This document shows positions 35,493 to 50,258 of a stretch of 50,602 bases of DNA, piece after piece. How positions within the stretch are numbered: position 1 is the first letter of the stretch; every line of letters begins with the position of its first letter. Below the pieces are notes generated by a model, which ran no database searches, was not told the origin of the DNA, and saw nothing but the letters and a program-made list of their open reading frames with translations. The DNA comes from Paraglomus brasilianum (Eukaryota): the NCBI GenBank assembly GCA_910592345.1, contig CAJVPI010000131.1:1-50602 (forward strand). The letters run 5' to 3'. Made by a program: the position numbers and the translations under genes.

Positions 35493-38253
35493 TATCTCAG
35501 TATAAATTGTATCCTAATCGATATATCCCCAAATTCTCAGAGCCCAATTTCCCATATCATATAGAAATATACATACCCGTCGTTTCGCATTTCTGGCATC
35601 AGCACAAACGCCACTGGTTAACTTAGAATTTATTGGTTCTTTAGAAAGATTCTACGATGATACCTTCTGCTTCGCATTTTGGGTTTCGCTAGATATATAA
35701 GCAGTTATCCCATCGTCAAATTCTCATGTTGTAAATGTTGTAAATGTTGTTTAGCTTGTTCATATTATTGTAATTCCCACTCGAATTTTTACTTTTTTTC
35801 ATCGTTAATATATTAATTAATTAACCGGACACTATAAACGGCTCACTCAAGCCGTAAACAGCTCATTTAAGTTGTATAAATTATCCGTCGATTTAGTACT
35901 TTTAATAGAGGAACGAGAGTTGATAATTATTTATTAAAACGAAATTGTTTAATTAGTTTGAGACAAGTGACGGAACCCGACTAGTCGAAAACCCAAATCA
36001 AAGTTAGCCCTGTTTAAATTATTAAATAGAATTTTATTCTCCTTCAGGCGCGCCATTTAATTATAAAATAGGTCACTTGGAAGCTAATCTGGTAATAATC
36101 CCCGGTCCCTACGCGAAAGATTAATCGCTCTCCCAAACCAAAACCATCCGACCGCAACAATATTAAAATTTGAGATATCATTATTATGTGTAATTTTGCC
36201 CAGGCAGTGTATATACATATTAAATAATGGTTATAATATTGTTTATGATATTAGATATAGTAATAACATTAATAGTATACAGTATCGTAAAAAGACTAGT
36301 TATTATTATGAAGGTAAAGTAGAAGAGATTCTAGAGATTGTGGATATAGAGGGCCAAGAGAGGAGTTTAATGAAAGAGGAAATGAGTTCTGAGGAAGAAG
36401 GAGGAGAGGCAGAGCCAATAAAGTGGAGGTATAAGAAGTCCAAATGGTCCAGAGAACAGCAGATTGGATAAGGCAACCCATTTGTTTGATGGAAGGAGAG
36501 TGGTTAGTAGATGAATATAGGGATAAAGGGGATGAATAAGGTAAAATAAAATGAGAAAAGAGGAAAGATAGCCTCCCACTCAAAATAAATCCTATACAAA
36601 TGCTAACCGCGCATCTGATTATATTATGTCTATGCGATTGAAGAAGAAGAAATGGAGATTGACTGGTTGATAATAGAAATAGAAACCGATGATTCAAAAA
36701 TGGGAGCCATGATAATGAGTGAAGGCTATTGTCGAGTCAACAATCGCGGAAAAGCGATCGATCGTCAAAACTTCTTGGGATTTAACTTCTCCAATTTTAG
36801 TTAAATATAGTAAAAGTTAGTGACCTTTAAACTAGAGTTTTACTACTCACGACATTAACCCTGGACGGTTATTCGCCCTCAAGTTAATCTTCTGTTCGCT
36901 ACCGGTGGGATTAAATCGGTAGTCTACAGGTTGGGGTATACGTGTATCTATTCAAACGTACATCTCGTCATAAGCGAATAACAATCGTAATGCTTACGAG
37001 AATATCCACAAGACAAGAAGCGACTATTCCTAATACATATAGGGATTAGCGGTTCACAATACCGATAATTACCAGAATTATTTATAGATTGTGCAATCTT
37101 GACGTTCACTATATTCCGCTTCATCTTTCCAATTTTATTGGTATCATTCGACCGGTTTATCAGCATATTATTCCGGAATGGACAGAAGCAAACGAGTTAA
37201 TATGTACCTCGCTAAGCAATACACGTCTATTGAGAGCTAGTGTACTTGGTAATAGTAAGCCATATGATTTGTGCATCTTATTGATGAACGTCAAAACTGA
37301 AGACGTTGAATTTAGTTATTATTATACAGAAATTGAGATTCCTTATTTCACCTCTTCTTTACTTTTGTTGCTTGGAAATAAGTCTTCCACTATTGAATTT
37401 ATTGATTATATAAATTATTAAAGATTGTCCCATCCTGAAATGGGTCGTAACAATAATAAGTTTATCGCAAACGACTTAAATACAACTAAGTTTAGTCGAT
37501 GAGTTACAACTATGCCACTAAATCAAGCGATTATCAGCTACATTAGCTAATTTTCCAGCCGCACCAGCAAATTTCATAAGATTCAGTGAATTTCTTTGGT
37601 TTGATTGAGACGACCTACCCAAATTTGAGCTCAATATGGTCTGCAGCCCGCAGAACAACATTCACTAGTTGAGATAGCAGATAGACATTGTCGATGTGAA
37701 TTCATTTCAACTAAAAAACTATCACTTCAATAAGGCATAATATATACAATTTGAGGTAGCGAGTTCCCATCAAACACAGGACGAATGATAAAGGATTCAT
37801 TCTCCTCGTCTCAATTATCGTTCTATCCAGCATGCAAAAGCACCTTGTCAAATAAAGTAGATAGCCAGACTGTATTTTAAAATATTTACAGTACAGTAGA
37901 GTACAAGACACATCATCAAGATGAAGAAGGTTGAAATATCATATATAAACAACAATTCGTCAACCATAGAAAAAAGTGCATAGGTTCTATTGCGAGCTTC
38001 ATCGCCACTATTTTTGAGGCAGCTCATCAATATGCCCCTATTTGCAAATTGTGTAAGGCTATGTACAGGAAAGGATCATGTTACAAACATAACAAGTATA
38101 AATAATAGATTAAGTCTGATTTTCATAATATTCCATGTGCATATGCAGAAAGGACAGCTTGTAGCAAAGCCTTCCATATGAATATCATAACGAAGCAGAG
38201 GAAAAAAGTCAAATCATATCAGAAGTATCGTACGCATGGCCATGCCTCATATG

Positions 38254-39936
38254 TCACACTACTACTTCCTCGTTCGGGTTCCCATATATTTGTTGCATAA
38301 ATGTGGCATCGTCTGTCAATGGCAAACTTAGACTACCGACAGTCTCAATGCCAAAAATCGCCGGGCTTGACTGACTCCATTGACCGGTAATACTTGCTCC
38401 ATCATTGGATTTGAGGCCAACATCAGCAACTGATTGTTTAGAATTTTTGATGTCAAACCCGTTATTCCATACATTGCGTTCTTTAGCAAAAGACCAAAGC
38501 GCCGAATCTAAGCTGAACCCACGCTCCAAATGAGGCGCATCATGTACAACTTGATCGTTTGATTGACTAATCGCTCCGAACGCTGGAACGTTGAAAGGCA
38601 ACGTCTGACTACAAGACGAATTCTGCAAATCACTGACATAGTTCGTCGTTCCACCTGCTTGAAATTCTTCAAAAATGTAACGATTCACTGGTTCGGAAAA
38701 CCGTCTTTTTGTCTGTAAGTAGATTGCGTTAAAAATCAAATTACTCTCGTTGAGAATTTTACAACCAATATGACTACTTACCTGTACTGCAGGCATTGCC
38801 AAGAACTGATGTGCATTTGCGTCGTTATAGAGAGTCTCGTCTTCAATAATCGTAGTTAGCTGTTGCTTTTCCTCAGGAGTATTGACTAATTTCATGTTCA
38901 AGAGCGAGGCCATTAACTCGGGAGGGCAAGAATTTCGGCGAGAGAGAGAAAAGCCCGATGGCTGTAAACAGTCGGCTGGATCAGCAGCTGATGCAGGATA
39001 TTTGTCACTAATGACGGAGCTCACAGACGGACTGTATTGCCGATAGTCGGTGAAATATTCGGGGATAGAAACTGCAGACTGAGGAGTCCCTAATGGAATA
39101 AAATCATTTATCGAATCGTACATATTCGATACAAATCCTGCTGGTTGCCCGGATTGATCAAGAGAAATATTATCTTGCATCCATTCTTGAACGGCATCCG
39201 CTTGTGGCTTCTGATAAAATTGTTGCAGCTGTCGTTGCTGCATCATAAGTTGATACTCTTCTTGTGTTTCAGGTATCTTAATAGGATCTATGGATGGCTT
39301 CGTTCGAGATACCTTTTCAGTTGTGCTTCTTTCACCCATTAGAATGTTGTTCGCCAGAAGACATGTTGATTGCTCGACATACAATCCCTCGCTGTCGGTT
39401 TCACTCAGGGAGGGAAATACTTCTTCGCAACAAGGTATGCCTTCCTCGCACTTTGTGCTAGGCTCATCATTATCACAGGTTACAGTTTCTTTGAGATGCT
39501 TTGCACAGTCATTTGTATGTTCAGTCGTTAAATATATTTCCTCCTCTATACCAAAGTCACCATCCTCTCCCTCGTTACTTTGACTATCCTCGGTAACCTT
39601 CACTTTCTTTGCTTTGGCTCGACGGTTTTGAAACCAGACCTGTACCCCACGTGGGGTCATATTTAATTTCTGGGCTAAAATTTGACGGACAGCGGCGTGG
39701 GGTTTAGGGTTTTCATTAAAGGCTCTCTCGAGAACTTTAAGTTGATACCGAGACGTGCGACGCCTATGCTTAACTTCGAAGGGATTATAAAATGTGGGTT
39801 TGAAGTCACCGTGAGGTGATTGAGGAAAAGCGTCAAACATTTGTGGAGCAGGATGAGACTGCGCTTCCAGTGCCGGAGACGGGGGTGATGAGAGTGAAGT
39901 AGTTTCAGATATTTCCTTGTCGTTCTTTTGGTTCAT
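38254..39936 (-). CDS. Homeodomain transcription factor (typical/HD2-class), one intron 38781-38713
   Basis: KHRRRTSRYQLKVLERAF...QKLNMTPRGVQVWFQNRRAKAKK. The 69-nt GTAAGT...CAG intron is in frame and stop-free; spliced product is about 537 aa. Confidence 0.93.
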   Translation of the reverse strand: MNQKNDKEISETTSLSSPPSPALEAQSHPAPQMFDAFPQSPHGDFKPTFYNPFEVKHRRRTSRYQLKVLERAFNENPKPHAAVRQILAQKLNMTPRGVQVWFQNRRAKAKKVKVTEDSQSNEGEDGDFGIEEEIYLTTEHTNDCAKHLKETVTCDNDEPSTKCEEGIPCCEEVFPSLSETDSEGLYVEQSTCLLANNILMGERSTTEKVSRTKPSIDPIKIPETQEEYQLMMQQRQLQQFYQKPQADAVQEWMQDNISLDQSGQPAGFVSNMYDSINDFIPLGTPQSAVSIPEYFTDYRQYSPSVSSVISDKYPASAADPADCLQPSGFSLSRRNSCPPELMASLLNMKLVNTPEEKQQLTTIIEDETLYNDANAHQFLAMPAVQVSSHIGCKILNESNLIFNAIYLQTKRRFSEPVNRYIFEEFQAGGTTNYVSDLQNSSCSQTLPFNVPAFGAISQSNDQVVHDAPHLERGFSLDSALWSFAKERNVWNNGFDIKNSKQSVADVGLKSNDGASITGQWSQSSPAIFGIETVGSLSLPLTDDATFMQQIYGNPNEEVVV

Positions 39937-41270
39937 TTTCCTTTGTTTGCTTTCGTTTTTCTGTTGATAAGAAGGGATTATGCAGTGTTATCACAAAGGT
40001 ATTGTTCGGGTTGTCAATGTTAAAAGGAGATAGGCTTGTAACTGAAAAAGAGTGATTCAAGCTCTGTCTCGTGATAGAAGAGAGAGGGAAAAAACGAGAA
40101 GCCAAATGTTGCAAAACTTGGTATAAGCCACAAAGCAGCAGTGATTGGGTGATGGCGAGCAACCATTCCCGCTCTTTTTATTCTGTCCAATAAAATTGAA
40201 ACGATTGACAACGCAAATGTGGAGGACTCGACAATTCTGGCAGAATAGCGTGTGCCCTGAATAGGAAGGAACACCAGTGGCTCAGAAAGGTTGTTCTTCC
40301 GACTGGCGGTTATAATAAGTTCGGTTCTATAAATAGCCAAATTCCAATTTTAACTTAAAAATCTCATTTTCTTTTCTACAGGATTTACTAAGAAAAGGCG
40401 GTATAATAATAATATCAGAGAAAGATGGAGTGATTTTATATATTTGCGCCTGAGGGATTTTATAGTCAACAAATTAATTACTCGAGAATATGCTGGACTG
40501 AATACGCATTCATACACAAAGACAAATGACCATGTGAAGTTACGCATTTTACTGTAACTAGGTAGTCTACTAACTAACTTGAGCTGTCATATTGAGCGTG
40601 CTGCAACAAAACCGGACTAAGTGGACATAACATATTCCGGGATTCAAAACTTTGCTCCCCAAAAGTTGGATTAATGACCAATAGACGAGCTAATTACTTC
40701 TCTATTGACTTCCTACTTTGAAACAGATCAACAAAAAACGACAGACACATTAACCTGTATTAACGTTTATCCAAGGAAGAAGCAAATAAGTTGTAACTCT
40801 CATAGTTCGGACTACGACAATGTAATTATTGTCACGTTTGTCTTGCTGCAAGACGTATCTATGTTGTGTCTGTAATAAGACGGTACAAACATTTCCACAC
40901 TCTTGCCAAAAGTATGATGGATACAAGATTTTACTAGTAAAAAATATGAAATATCAGTTTTTCAAGTCACCGGCACTCCATATTTTCTCAAATAAAATTA
41001 ATTGAGAAGTATCAGCAATATTAAGATGTCAACGATTATCGTATACACGTTCGCTAAAAGTATAATAATATTGATTACGTAAGTGAAGCTGCAACAGTAA
41101 TATCTTAGAATTGCTAAAACCACAATAATTTAGCTTTAAATTGGTATAAATTTTATGGCATTGTTTGAAAAACAAAAAAAGGAATGCCAGTAGACTTGAA
41201 AAAACTGGAGTTTAGCACTATCAAAAATACAATAATTATTGTCACGTGGCTTTAAAAATTATTCAAGGTA

Positions 41271-41448
41271 CTGTCGGCAATGTATATACCGGAATCTCTT
41301 TATACCGGACGGACAGATTCTTGCGCACCGTTCGTTTCATATGAAAAGTCTTTGTTTATACCGGCGTCTCTTATAAAGTTTCCATATACCGGTTCCGGAA
41401 GGACACAGAGAACTATGCCAACCCGTCCGGTATAAACAGAGTTGACTG
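41271..41448. mobile_element. pogo/Tigger-type MITE with TATACCGG internal repeats
   Basis: Right end CCGGTATAAACAGAGTTGACTG|TA; degenerate left end TA|CTGTCGGCAATGTATATACCGG; four direct and one inverted TATACCGG. Confidence 0.7.
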
Positions 41449-42648
41449 TACTCCATAGCAATTGGTTTTCTGTCTTGATTACTGAGGTAATAATAGTAAT
41501 GGTAAGTGCTTTTGTTATCACCGCGTATAGTCAGTCGATGAAAGATTATACTGTAACATGTATCCGTGAGTCATATAAAATCGACCAGCTTTATATACGA
41601 CTGTTGTATGAAACTGATTTTTCCTTACATGTTATAATCAGCCTCAATTGAAAAATAATAAATAATCGGATAATAAATAATATTATCCTTAATTCATTAC
41701 AATTAGCATGTAGCATATTAATATAGGTTATATCGTTTAATAAAGCATCATCAGTTGCGTACAGTTCTCCATCAATAAAAGTGCGTTTTAGCGGTGCTCA
41801 GCAATTTAACCTACAAAAAGATTTTCATACATGTTTACATTAATCGATTATTTTTCTCACTTCGACGTGAATTTTCTCTTTGACAGCAATGCGGCAACAA
41901 TAATTGTATAAGAAACAATTTAAGATTGCATAAGTTATTAAAGACCATGTCAGGTTACATCTTGTTCTGTGGCTCTCCGAGCCGTGTGTTCGGAGTTGCA
42001 TTTTTGTATTATGCTAAAGCGGTATTTTATTGAACATTCCTGTTCCATTAATGTGTTGTAACACTAAGTCGAGGTCGTCGCTATAAGCATTCAAAGTTTT
42101 CAAAGCGGTTGGATTATTAACTACTATGATTATGTACAGAAGAAGGTAATTATGGCCAAGCTATATAAATATAGTACTGCAAATTTACCAATTTATCAAA
42201 ACAAAAATAATGTATCAAGTATAACGCGATACCTAATTAGCTGACTTTGAAATTTAGCTCGTTGCTCAGCCTTGACCTTCTCTTCGATCGTTGGCTGTTC
42301 TTGAGCTTTCTGGCTCACGTCGTTAATGCAGTATTGTTAAAAATAGTTCTGATGTATGAAAACCGGTTGATTGCAATCCTTAATATTAATGGCTTGGACA
42401 ATCACAAATCTGAACAATTAATTTTGTTAATTTAAATTATTGTTTCTTGAACACCGTTCGCCGTAATACTTAGAGCAATTATATTAAATGATCAGAATTG
42501 TATATTATCAAGATGTTTGTTGGAATAGGAACATAAGAACATATCGAGAATGAGATGTATTCTACGCGTACTCCTATTTATGACAAATCATCGTCACACA
42601 CTTAATATGTCTAAATTAATAATATTTGTTATCCTTTTTTCTTTTATA

Positions 42649-43531
42649 CAGTGTGTTGCGAAAAAAATGGCGCACAAATAAACTTGTATATCTCAACAAT
42701 TACCCAACTGAGACAAATGAAAGTGGACTTATTTTAAAGCTTATAAACTACTTTATTAAGTATAAAAATTTTAATACGAAATTCTATCCCCATTTTTTTG
42801 TAACACTAGTTCACAACGATTTTTCATAGATCCGATTAAATTTGTACATCCCGAGGAATTTTATCCCACTCTTCTACCATAAATTCCTTTAACTCACCAA
42901 TATCTTTAGGCATTCTTTTTTCCACATTGATTTTAACAATCTGCCACATATTCTCGATGGGATTCAGATCAGGGCTGTTAGATGGCCACTCTATTACATG
43001 AATGTTGTTTTGAGATAAAAAATCCTTCGCAACACGTAAAGCGTGCTTAGGATTATTATCTTGTTGCAGACACCATCTTCTATCGTACAACTGTTGGCCA
43101 AACGGAAGAAGCTGGGTTTGCAAAATATTTACATAAAAGGGACCATCAATAATGTCTGTAAAGCAAAATAAGGACGTTTTGCTGTTCATCGAAATTCCAC
43201 CCCAAGCCATTACTTTGTGTAACCTTGGGCGAACGAGAATAGTTCGAAGGGGAATCTTTGTATTTTGGTGTATTTCTTTGGCAGAATAAATTACATTTAG
43301 CCAATAATGTAAAATTGTTTGACGCTGTGCTTCGAGCTTTGTGTTGACCATGTTTACAAGGTTCAAGTGAGAAACTAATCAAGGAGAAGGGCGTTTTATT
43401 TTTGCAAATGTAATTAATGACAAGTAAATAAACTTATATAATATAGAAGTCATGTAAACAAACGCGTTTTTCTTTTGTTATTCAAAAAACTAATCTTTCA
43501 ATTTACGCGCCATTTTTTTCGCAACACACTG
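42649..43531 (-). mobile_element. Internally deleted Tc1-like element (883 bp) with perfect 25-bp TIRs
   Basis: TA|CAGTGTGTTGCGAAAAAAATGGCGC ... GCGCCATTTTTTTCGCAACACACTG|TA. The ORF fuses KIPLRTI to LVRPRLHKVMAWGG and retains QQDN (D2) and WPSNSPDLNPIE (E). Confidence 0.95.
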
Positions 43532-44797
43532 TACGTACCATGTAAAGCACGATAATTACGTATCGTCGTGAAATTTATAGTGGCAGGATCTATGTTACAC
43601 TGTTTTCATAGTGTAATATAGAAGTTGTCATAATTAAAACGAAATTTGGGCCTTTAACAAAAAGCCTAAAAAATTGTCCCCAAAATTTTTTAAATTTTCA
43701 TACTAAAATAGGGAAAAAAGTCGATTTAATCTGATGTCGTTTTAATCTGTCACAATAATTTTTTTTCCGAAATATACAATCAATTATCTTCAAGACGATA
43801 CGCAATTATCGTGTCTTACACAGTGCATATAGACAATAGAAATTTCGAAACAAAAAAAGATTTCTCAAGGAGTAAATCATCGACAGTTGGTGCTTCTAAT
43901 CGTATGAATATCTGATTTCAATGTAAAATTGCAATTTAGTACATAATAAGATGTGTTATTATCTCAAATAAAAATTTTTATTGACATCATATGTGATGGC
44001 ATTTCTACACAACTCCAACAAAATATAAGTCTGCTGTGAGTTTGTCATTCGTTATCGGAATTCTCATAGTACGGTAATTTTAATGACGTGAACATAATTC
44101 TCAGAGCAATTAAAATTTATTACATGTAGAAAAAAACTTTGTTATTTTGTTCTCAACCACAACTATATAAAGCGCAGGTAGAAGAGAATACAAAAAGTAG
44201 AAAACAAGGTTGCAGAGGAATTACTTCAGCGGCTATTGAGTAGAATTTTTCTTATTTCGATATGATTTATAAAGCTTTACACTACGAGCTTGTGTTTGGC
44301 CTGTCTACCCATTTCTTTATTATTCTTATGTTCAGTGACGTCTTAATATGTTGACTATGCCAACTTAATCTGAAATAAAGTAACTAACAATACGCAAATA
44401 TTAAGCGAGATAATTGATGGCTACAGTGAAGAATTAACCCTATCAATTAGAGTTTTTTTTTTCGTTTAATTCGAAGAGATACTTTTAGCAACTATTTTAT
44501 AAACCACTAGAGTTTTTTTATCAGATCAGGTGAACGAAAACAAACTAAGTTCAGAAACGGATAGAGTTTAGCTTATAGCAGACTCATGATACAGTAGCAG
44601 ACTTGTATAACGTTGGGAATTACCTGATCATATAGAAGTTAAATAAGATTACGAAAATTTATCGTCAAATTCAACCTAACACAACTTTGAAAAGTGTTCG
44701 TTTTAAAGTAACCAACTAAAAAGCTTCAAATATATATATATTATGTAGTGATTAAAACATAAAAATGTAAATTTGTACCAAGACTAAAACAAATACT

Positions 44798-44962
44798 ACA
44801 GCCAACTGCCTTTCATTCGACCGCCTGCGTTCCGGAGTCATCGTTCGAATTAACGTACAGGTCGAATTAACGGCAGACGTACTTAAGGAAGAACAATCAT
44901 ATTAAAAAATCGGGTCGATCGAATTACTGGGAAAGTCGAATTATAGGGAATCGAATTATTGG
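44798..44962. repeat. MITE-like remnant with five TCGAATTA motifs
   Basis: Starts TA|CAGCCAACTG; TCGAATTA recurs at ~44845, 44862, 44919, 44936 and 44951. Right TIR not found. Confidence 0.5.
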
Positions 44963-45487
44963 TAATAGCTTAGCATGTACGTGTGGCTTGGAAATATAAG
45001 AAAAATCACAAGATGCATCTGTAAATCAAAAACTCAAAAACAGAAATTAGTATTAGTATTAGGGCGTTTCTGCCATCCCAATTATAATTACTATTACTTT
45101 ACAAGAATCAATAACGCCATTAGACTGATATGATTGCTGAAATAATCCACAGTTTTATTTTTTATTTATTTCCCTAAATGTAATGGTCCAACAGCAAAAT
45201 TAGCCAAGAAGCTTGAATTAGAGTTAGCAAAAAGCTAAAGGATTTGATTATTACAAATTATGATGCTGACTAACTGTTGAGCATAATAATAAAGAAACTT
45301 TTGGTAATAGCTGTAATGATGAGCGAGCTGAAACTAACAACTAACTTTGGGTCATCTCCATGATAAATGATAAATTCGGTAATATTTCAGGTCTATCAAA
45401 ATCGATACACTAACACATGACCTACCACAAACGAACATTGCGCGCAGATTTATCAAACCTTGACCAAAGACAACTATTTCAAACAGC

Positions 45488-46348
<861 letters not shown>

Positions 46349-46531
46349 AATGATGAAACATAATTCTAGTTCGGCGTGATTTGCGAGAGTCTAGAAAGAC
46401 TTTTTATTTAGACATTATTTATGGTTCTTCAACCAGTTTAAATTTACCAGTAGCTACATATATTGATTACAAATTGTCCTGATGTACAGATACTACACAG
46501 GATGACAAATAGACTGTTTGTTGTATTTGAG

Positions 46532-46945
46532 TTAGGTTGATAAATTGTTTTCAACAGGTTTCTGCAACAAAGAAAAGCGCATATTAGATTTTTTTTTCAA
46601 GTTATCAAGGCTAGATTGCTCAAGTTTACAAGTGGTTAACTAACCAGTTCACCCTGTTTTCCTCCCTCCCACTTGGCGTATTTCAGTCCTTGTTCGTCTC
46701 GCTTTTGTGCTATAAGACGTTGTTCTTCCTTTAATGCATTGCGGACAGTTCGAGCACATATTTGAACGTACTGTAGATAACTAAATGTGAAAAAACAAAC
46801 CTGTGTATTAATTTGGTGACATAATGTGTGCAAACTTGACCGTTTGCTCAAACTACTATGATACTGATGAGATATTGCTCTAATACGCAATGAACGATCA
46901 TTTATGAACCAACCTTATACCAGCTGCTTTCCAAGCGAACGACAT
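46532..46945 (-). CDS. ATP15: Mitochondrial F1-ATP synthase epsilon subunit, 65 aa
   Basis: Exons 46945-46914, 46780-46645 and 46561-46532 give MSFAWKAAGISYLQYVQICARTVRNALKEEQRLIAQKR...KYAKWEGGKQGE.... Confidence 0.93.
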
Positions 46946-47330
46946 GTTTATATTGGCGAGATTGATATGGAAGATGCAAAATAGTGCAGAAAACGATTAC
47001 CATTATTTATGTTACACGTGGGATAAATTTGTGTGATGGAATTATGAAATTAATGTACCGTTTTATTAAGCCCCCGTTATAAATATTGGTATTAATTAAT
47101 TCAAGAAGTCTCTGATTTTTATTATTATCGCCTAAGCGTGAACCCATCAACCCAAAAGATTGATTGATGTTACTTAACATCTTCGCTCGTTAATTGAACT
47201 AAAGGCAGAAAAACTACAGCGTTAAGAGTCTGGACCCCTGAAATGTGTATGTCACATGATATGGAGATGGTATCCAAAAATAGTAACAGTAATAGTAAAG
47301 CTTTTCGTTTATAAACATGTTAAAACCAAG

Positions 47331-48690
47331 ATGTCTGAGCATTTACGCAACAAAATCCTCGTTCTTGGTCGCCGCGGTGTGGGAAAGCTTTCTCTTGTAA
47401 AAAGTAATTGCTTATTCAATGTCCAGAGATCCCTTTATTTTCATTTCCACCCAGTCTGACCAATTAATTTCCAGGAATTCTGGAATCAACTTCGCAAGAG
47501 TTTCGAGCTCATGAACTAGATAATCATTCTGGTCTAAAGGTTCCATGGAATATTGCAACAAGATATTACGTGGCGGACGTTCATTTTTGGATTGAGGAAA
47601 CCGATGATGTTAATCAACAAATCCTCAATGAATATATGGACGAAGAGAACGGTATTGGGCGTGTAGTAGATGCAATAATCTTTGTCTTTCAAAAAGATAA
47701 GGTTGTCCTTATATGGATAATGCACACCTTCGAATGACAAGTCGTCTACACGCAAGTACTGATTTATGTTTCAAAATATACAGCCTACAAGTTTTGACGA
47801 TATAAAGATGTTTCTGCCGTTTTCCCAGAAATATGAGCCTTCGATACTGCTTACTGTTGGTTCTGGCACTTCTGTGCTTGATCCTGAAGAGAACGTGTAT
47901 AATTCTTGGTGTTTGAGTAATGGATTTGAGTTCATTGATTTGGAAGTAAGTCCATCAGTTTCTGATGGTAGGCATATGTTATTTGTCTACAGAATCATCG
48001 TCCATTACGAAGTAAGTTTCTGAGCATCAATATTATGCATGTGAATTACAATAGAGTCTGCTGGATTGATGCGGATACTTGAAGCCTTACAATCTCACGT
48101 TTGGGATGGATTTCAAAGAATACAACAGAATGAAATAAGAGACAACGAGGCGTATTTGGATTCTAACGCTGAGAGAGGTCGGTTTATAGCGAATGTTGAT
48201 AGACTCAAGCGTTATGGTTGCGAGAATTTTTTTTTTTTAAAAAAAAAAAAAATGCTTCATCGCTACAGATTCAAGACGTTTTGTCCAAGATATGAATCCA
48301 TTATTATTTAATCAGAATGTTGATGAAAACATCGAATTATTTGGAGATGGTAAGTCTGCTCAAACTTTCAGTCCTCTCGTGTGTTTGTAATTTTCAGTGG
48401 TTTATAATGCATTCTTTCAGTCCTTCCAACCGAAGCTGAGCTTGGCTTAATACGTGAGCAACTCTTTGGAGATCTTGATGATGATGATGGCTTGGACAGA
48501 GTCCTTACGCGGTTGCACAGTTTGAGAGGTATTTATTCGTTAACAATAAGATGGAATATATACCCTACCGTCTATTGATATCTATAATATATTCATAGAA
48601 CGAGGGCAGTCTCTTCCTGATGATGAACGAAGAAGGTTAGCAGCAAGTGTAGCTTGGTCTTTTGGAATGCAGTTCGGTGGTTTGAGGTAA
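47331..48690 (+). CDS. IRC6: Alpha/gamma-adaptin-binding protein p34 / Irc6-like, multi-exon
   Basis: KILVLGRRGVGK pseudo-P-loop, WNIATRYYVADVHFW, WCLSNGFEFIDL, RILEALQSHVW, and C-terminal LPDDERRRLAASVA. Confidence 0.8.
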
Positions 48691-49012
48691 CAGGTGACGA
48701 CTGGCAACATAGCAAAATTGTTGTATAGTATTTTCATAATATTATTATCTCTTGTAATTATGCAATTTGCGTCGTCTATGGATGTGAAATAAACGCTCCG
48801 GTCATAGCACAATTACTTTTTTGGTTGGTATAGTGAAGCAAAACATCACTGACAAGTATACATGGTTTGATTATGTTGAGGGAACCTCCGACACGGTTTT
48901 TGGACCATTATATTATATCTATTACCTCGACCTATACAAGTATACCCAAACCTATAGGCTTCCGAATTAATCCCATCGGAAGGGAATAGTCGATTAACTC
49001 GAGGGCGAATAA

Positions 49013-49934
49013 CTGTCTGCATTATTGGAACATCAATGTGCGCTCAGCTAAGAAATTCACATGGCCACAAATATTCCCATGCGTACAATTTACAACAATC
49101 TCAAAAAAATAGAACAAAATCATGGCAAGCTTAATCGCAAAAAAGGGAGTGGCCGACCAAAGAAAATATCACCAATAATCGCAAAGACAATTGGCCCGTC
49201 GATACGTCGAGATTCTAGCATTTCCCTGCAAACACTTGAAACCAAGTTATTGGATAAAGGCTATGTCTCGTGCACATCAATTTCAAGATACCTTTCGCAT
49301 TTTGGTTATAACAAGAAACTACCAAAAGCTACCCCAATGTTAACTGAGGAACATAAACGAAGACGAGTAGAATGGGCACAAACTCATACAACTGGAATAA
49401 GACCGTTTTCACTGATGAAACAGCCTTTCAGCTTTTTCGTAATACAGTGGAACGGTTGTATAAAAATGAACGTCCTACTCGTCGAATACCGAAAGATCGT
49501 CAAAAAGTCTTTGCTTGGGGTGGCTTTCTGCAAAAGGTAAAACTGACCTTTTTTGCTTCTCAAGAATAATGGATGCAAAATTTTACGTCGAAATACTAGA
49601 GAATCATCTTCCAGATATTCGTACAATGATGGGAAAAGGTTGGCGGTTTCAGCAGACAACGATCCTAAACACACGAACCGTCTTGCTCAGTCGTTTCTTA
49701 GGGAGAATGTTCCTCAATTAATAGACTGGCCTGCGAACAGTCCAGGAGACTTAAATCCCATAGAAAATCTATGGCATTTAGTTAAAATAAATGTAGAAAA
49801 AAGAATGCCAAAAAAAATCGTGAGGAGTTGGCGCGGTCTATGGTTGAAGAATGGAATTCTATTCCGTTAATCAATCAATGAAACGAAGATGTGAGCTAAT
49901 TATAGAAAGTAATGGTGAAAGAATACCCTATTAA
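49013..49934 (+). mobile_element. Tc1-like transposase pseudogene without recognisable TIRs
   Basis: GSGRPKK, FTDETAFQLF, AWGG, WPANSP(G)DLNPIENLW, ending NGERIPY*; several frameshifts. Confidence 0.9.
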
Positions 49935-50258
49935 ATTTAAGTCAATAAAACCTCTGCTCATAAGCTATTAAATAAAGCATAAATGCTCTCTCCGTTGTGG
50001 CACAATGATCAATAATTCTTTTACCAAATATATGTTGTATATAATTTGTGTCGCTATATAAATCCCGGATTTATATATATAATTTGTGGCAGATCCCCCG
50101 AACGCAATTTATACTTGTTTTGTGACAATGTATGTTACATTTCTGTTGAGCTTTTCTACAACGGCATTGACTACTAAGACATGCACTTTGACACATACAC
50201 TACATCAACGACGCTTTGCGTTTTTGCAGCTTCACTTAATGATAATCTTTGCAAGGTA

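Noticed and set aside
38254..39936. Mating-type HD1/HD2 locus
   Set aside because: Only one homeobox gene is present, with no divergent HD1 partner in the ~5.5 kb upstream.
48227..48252. T12A14 hairpin-like run
   Set aside because: A simple homopolymer pair inside an IRC6 intron, prone to slippage or sequencing error.
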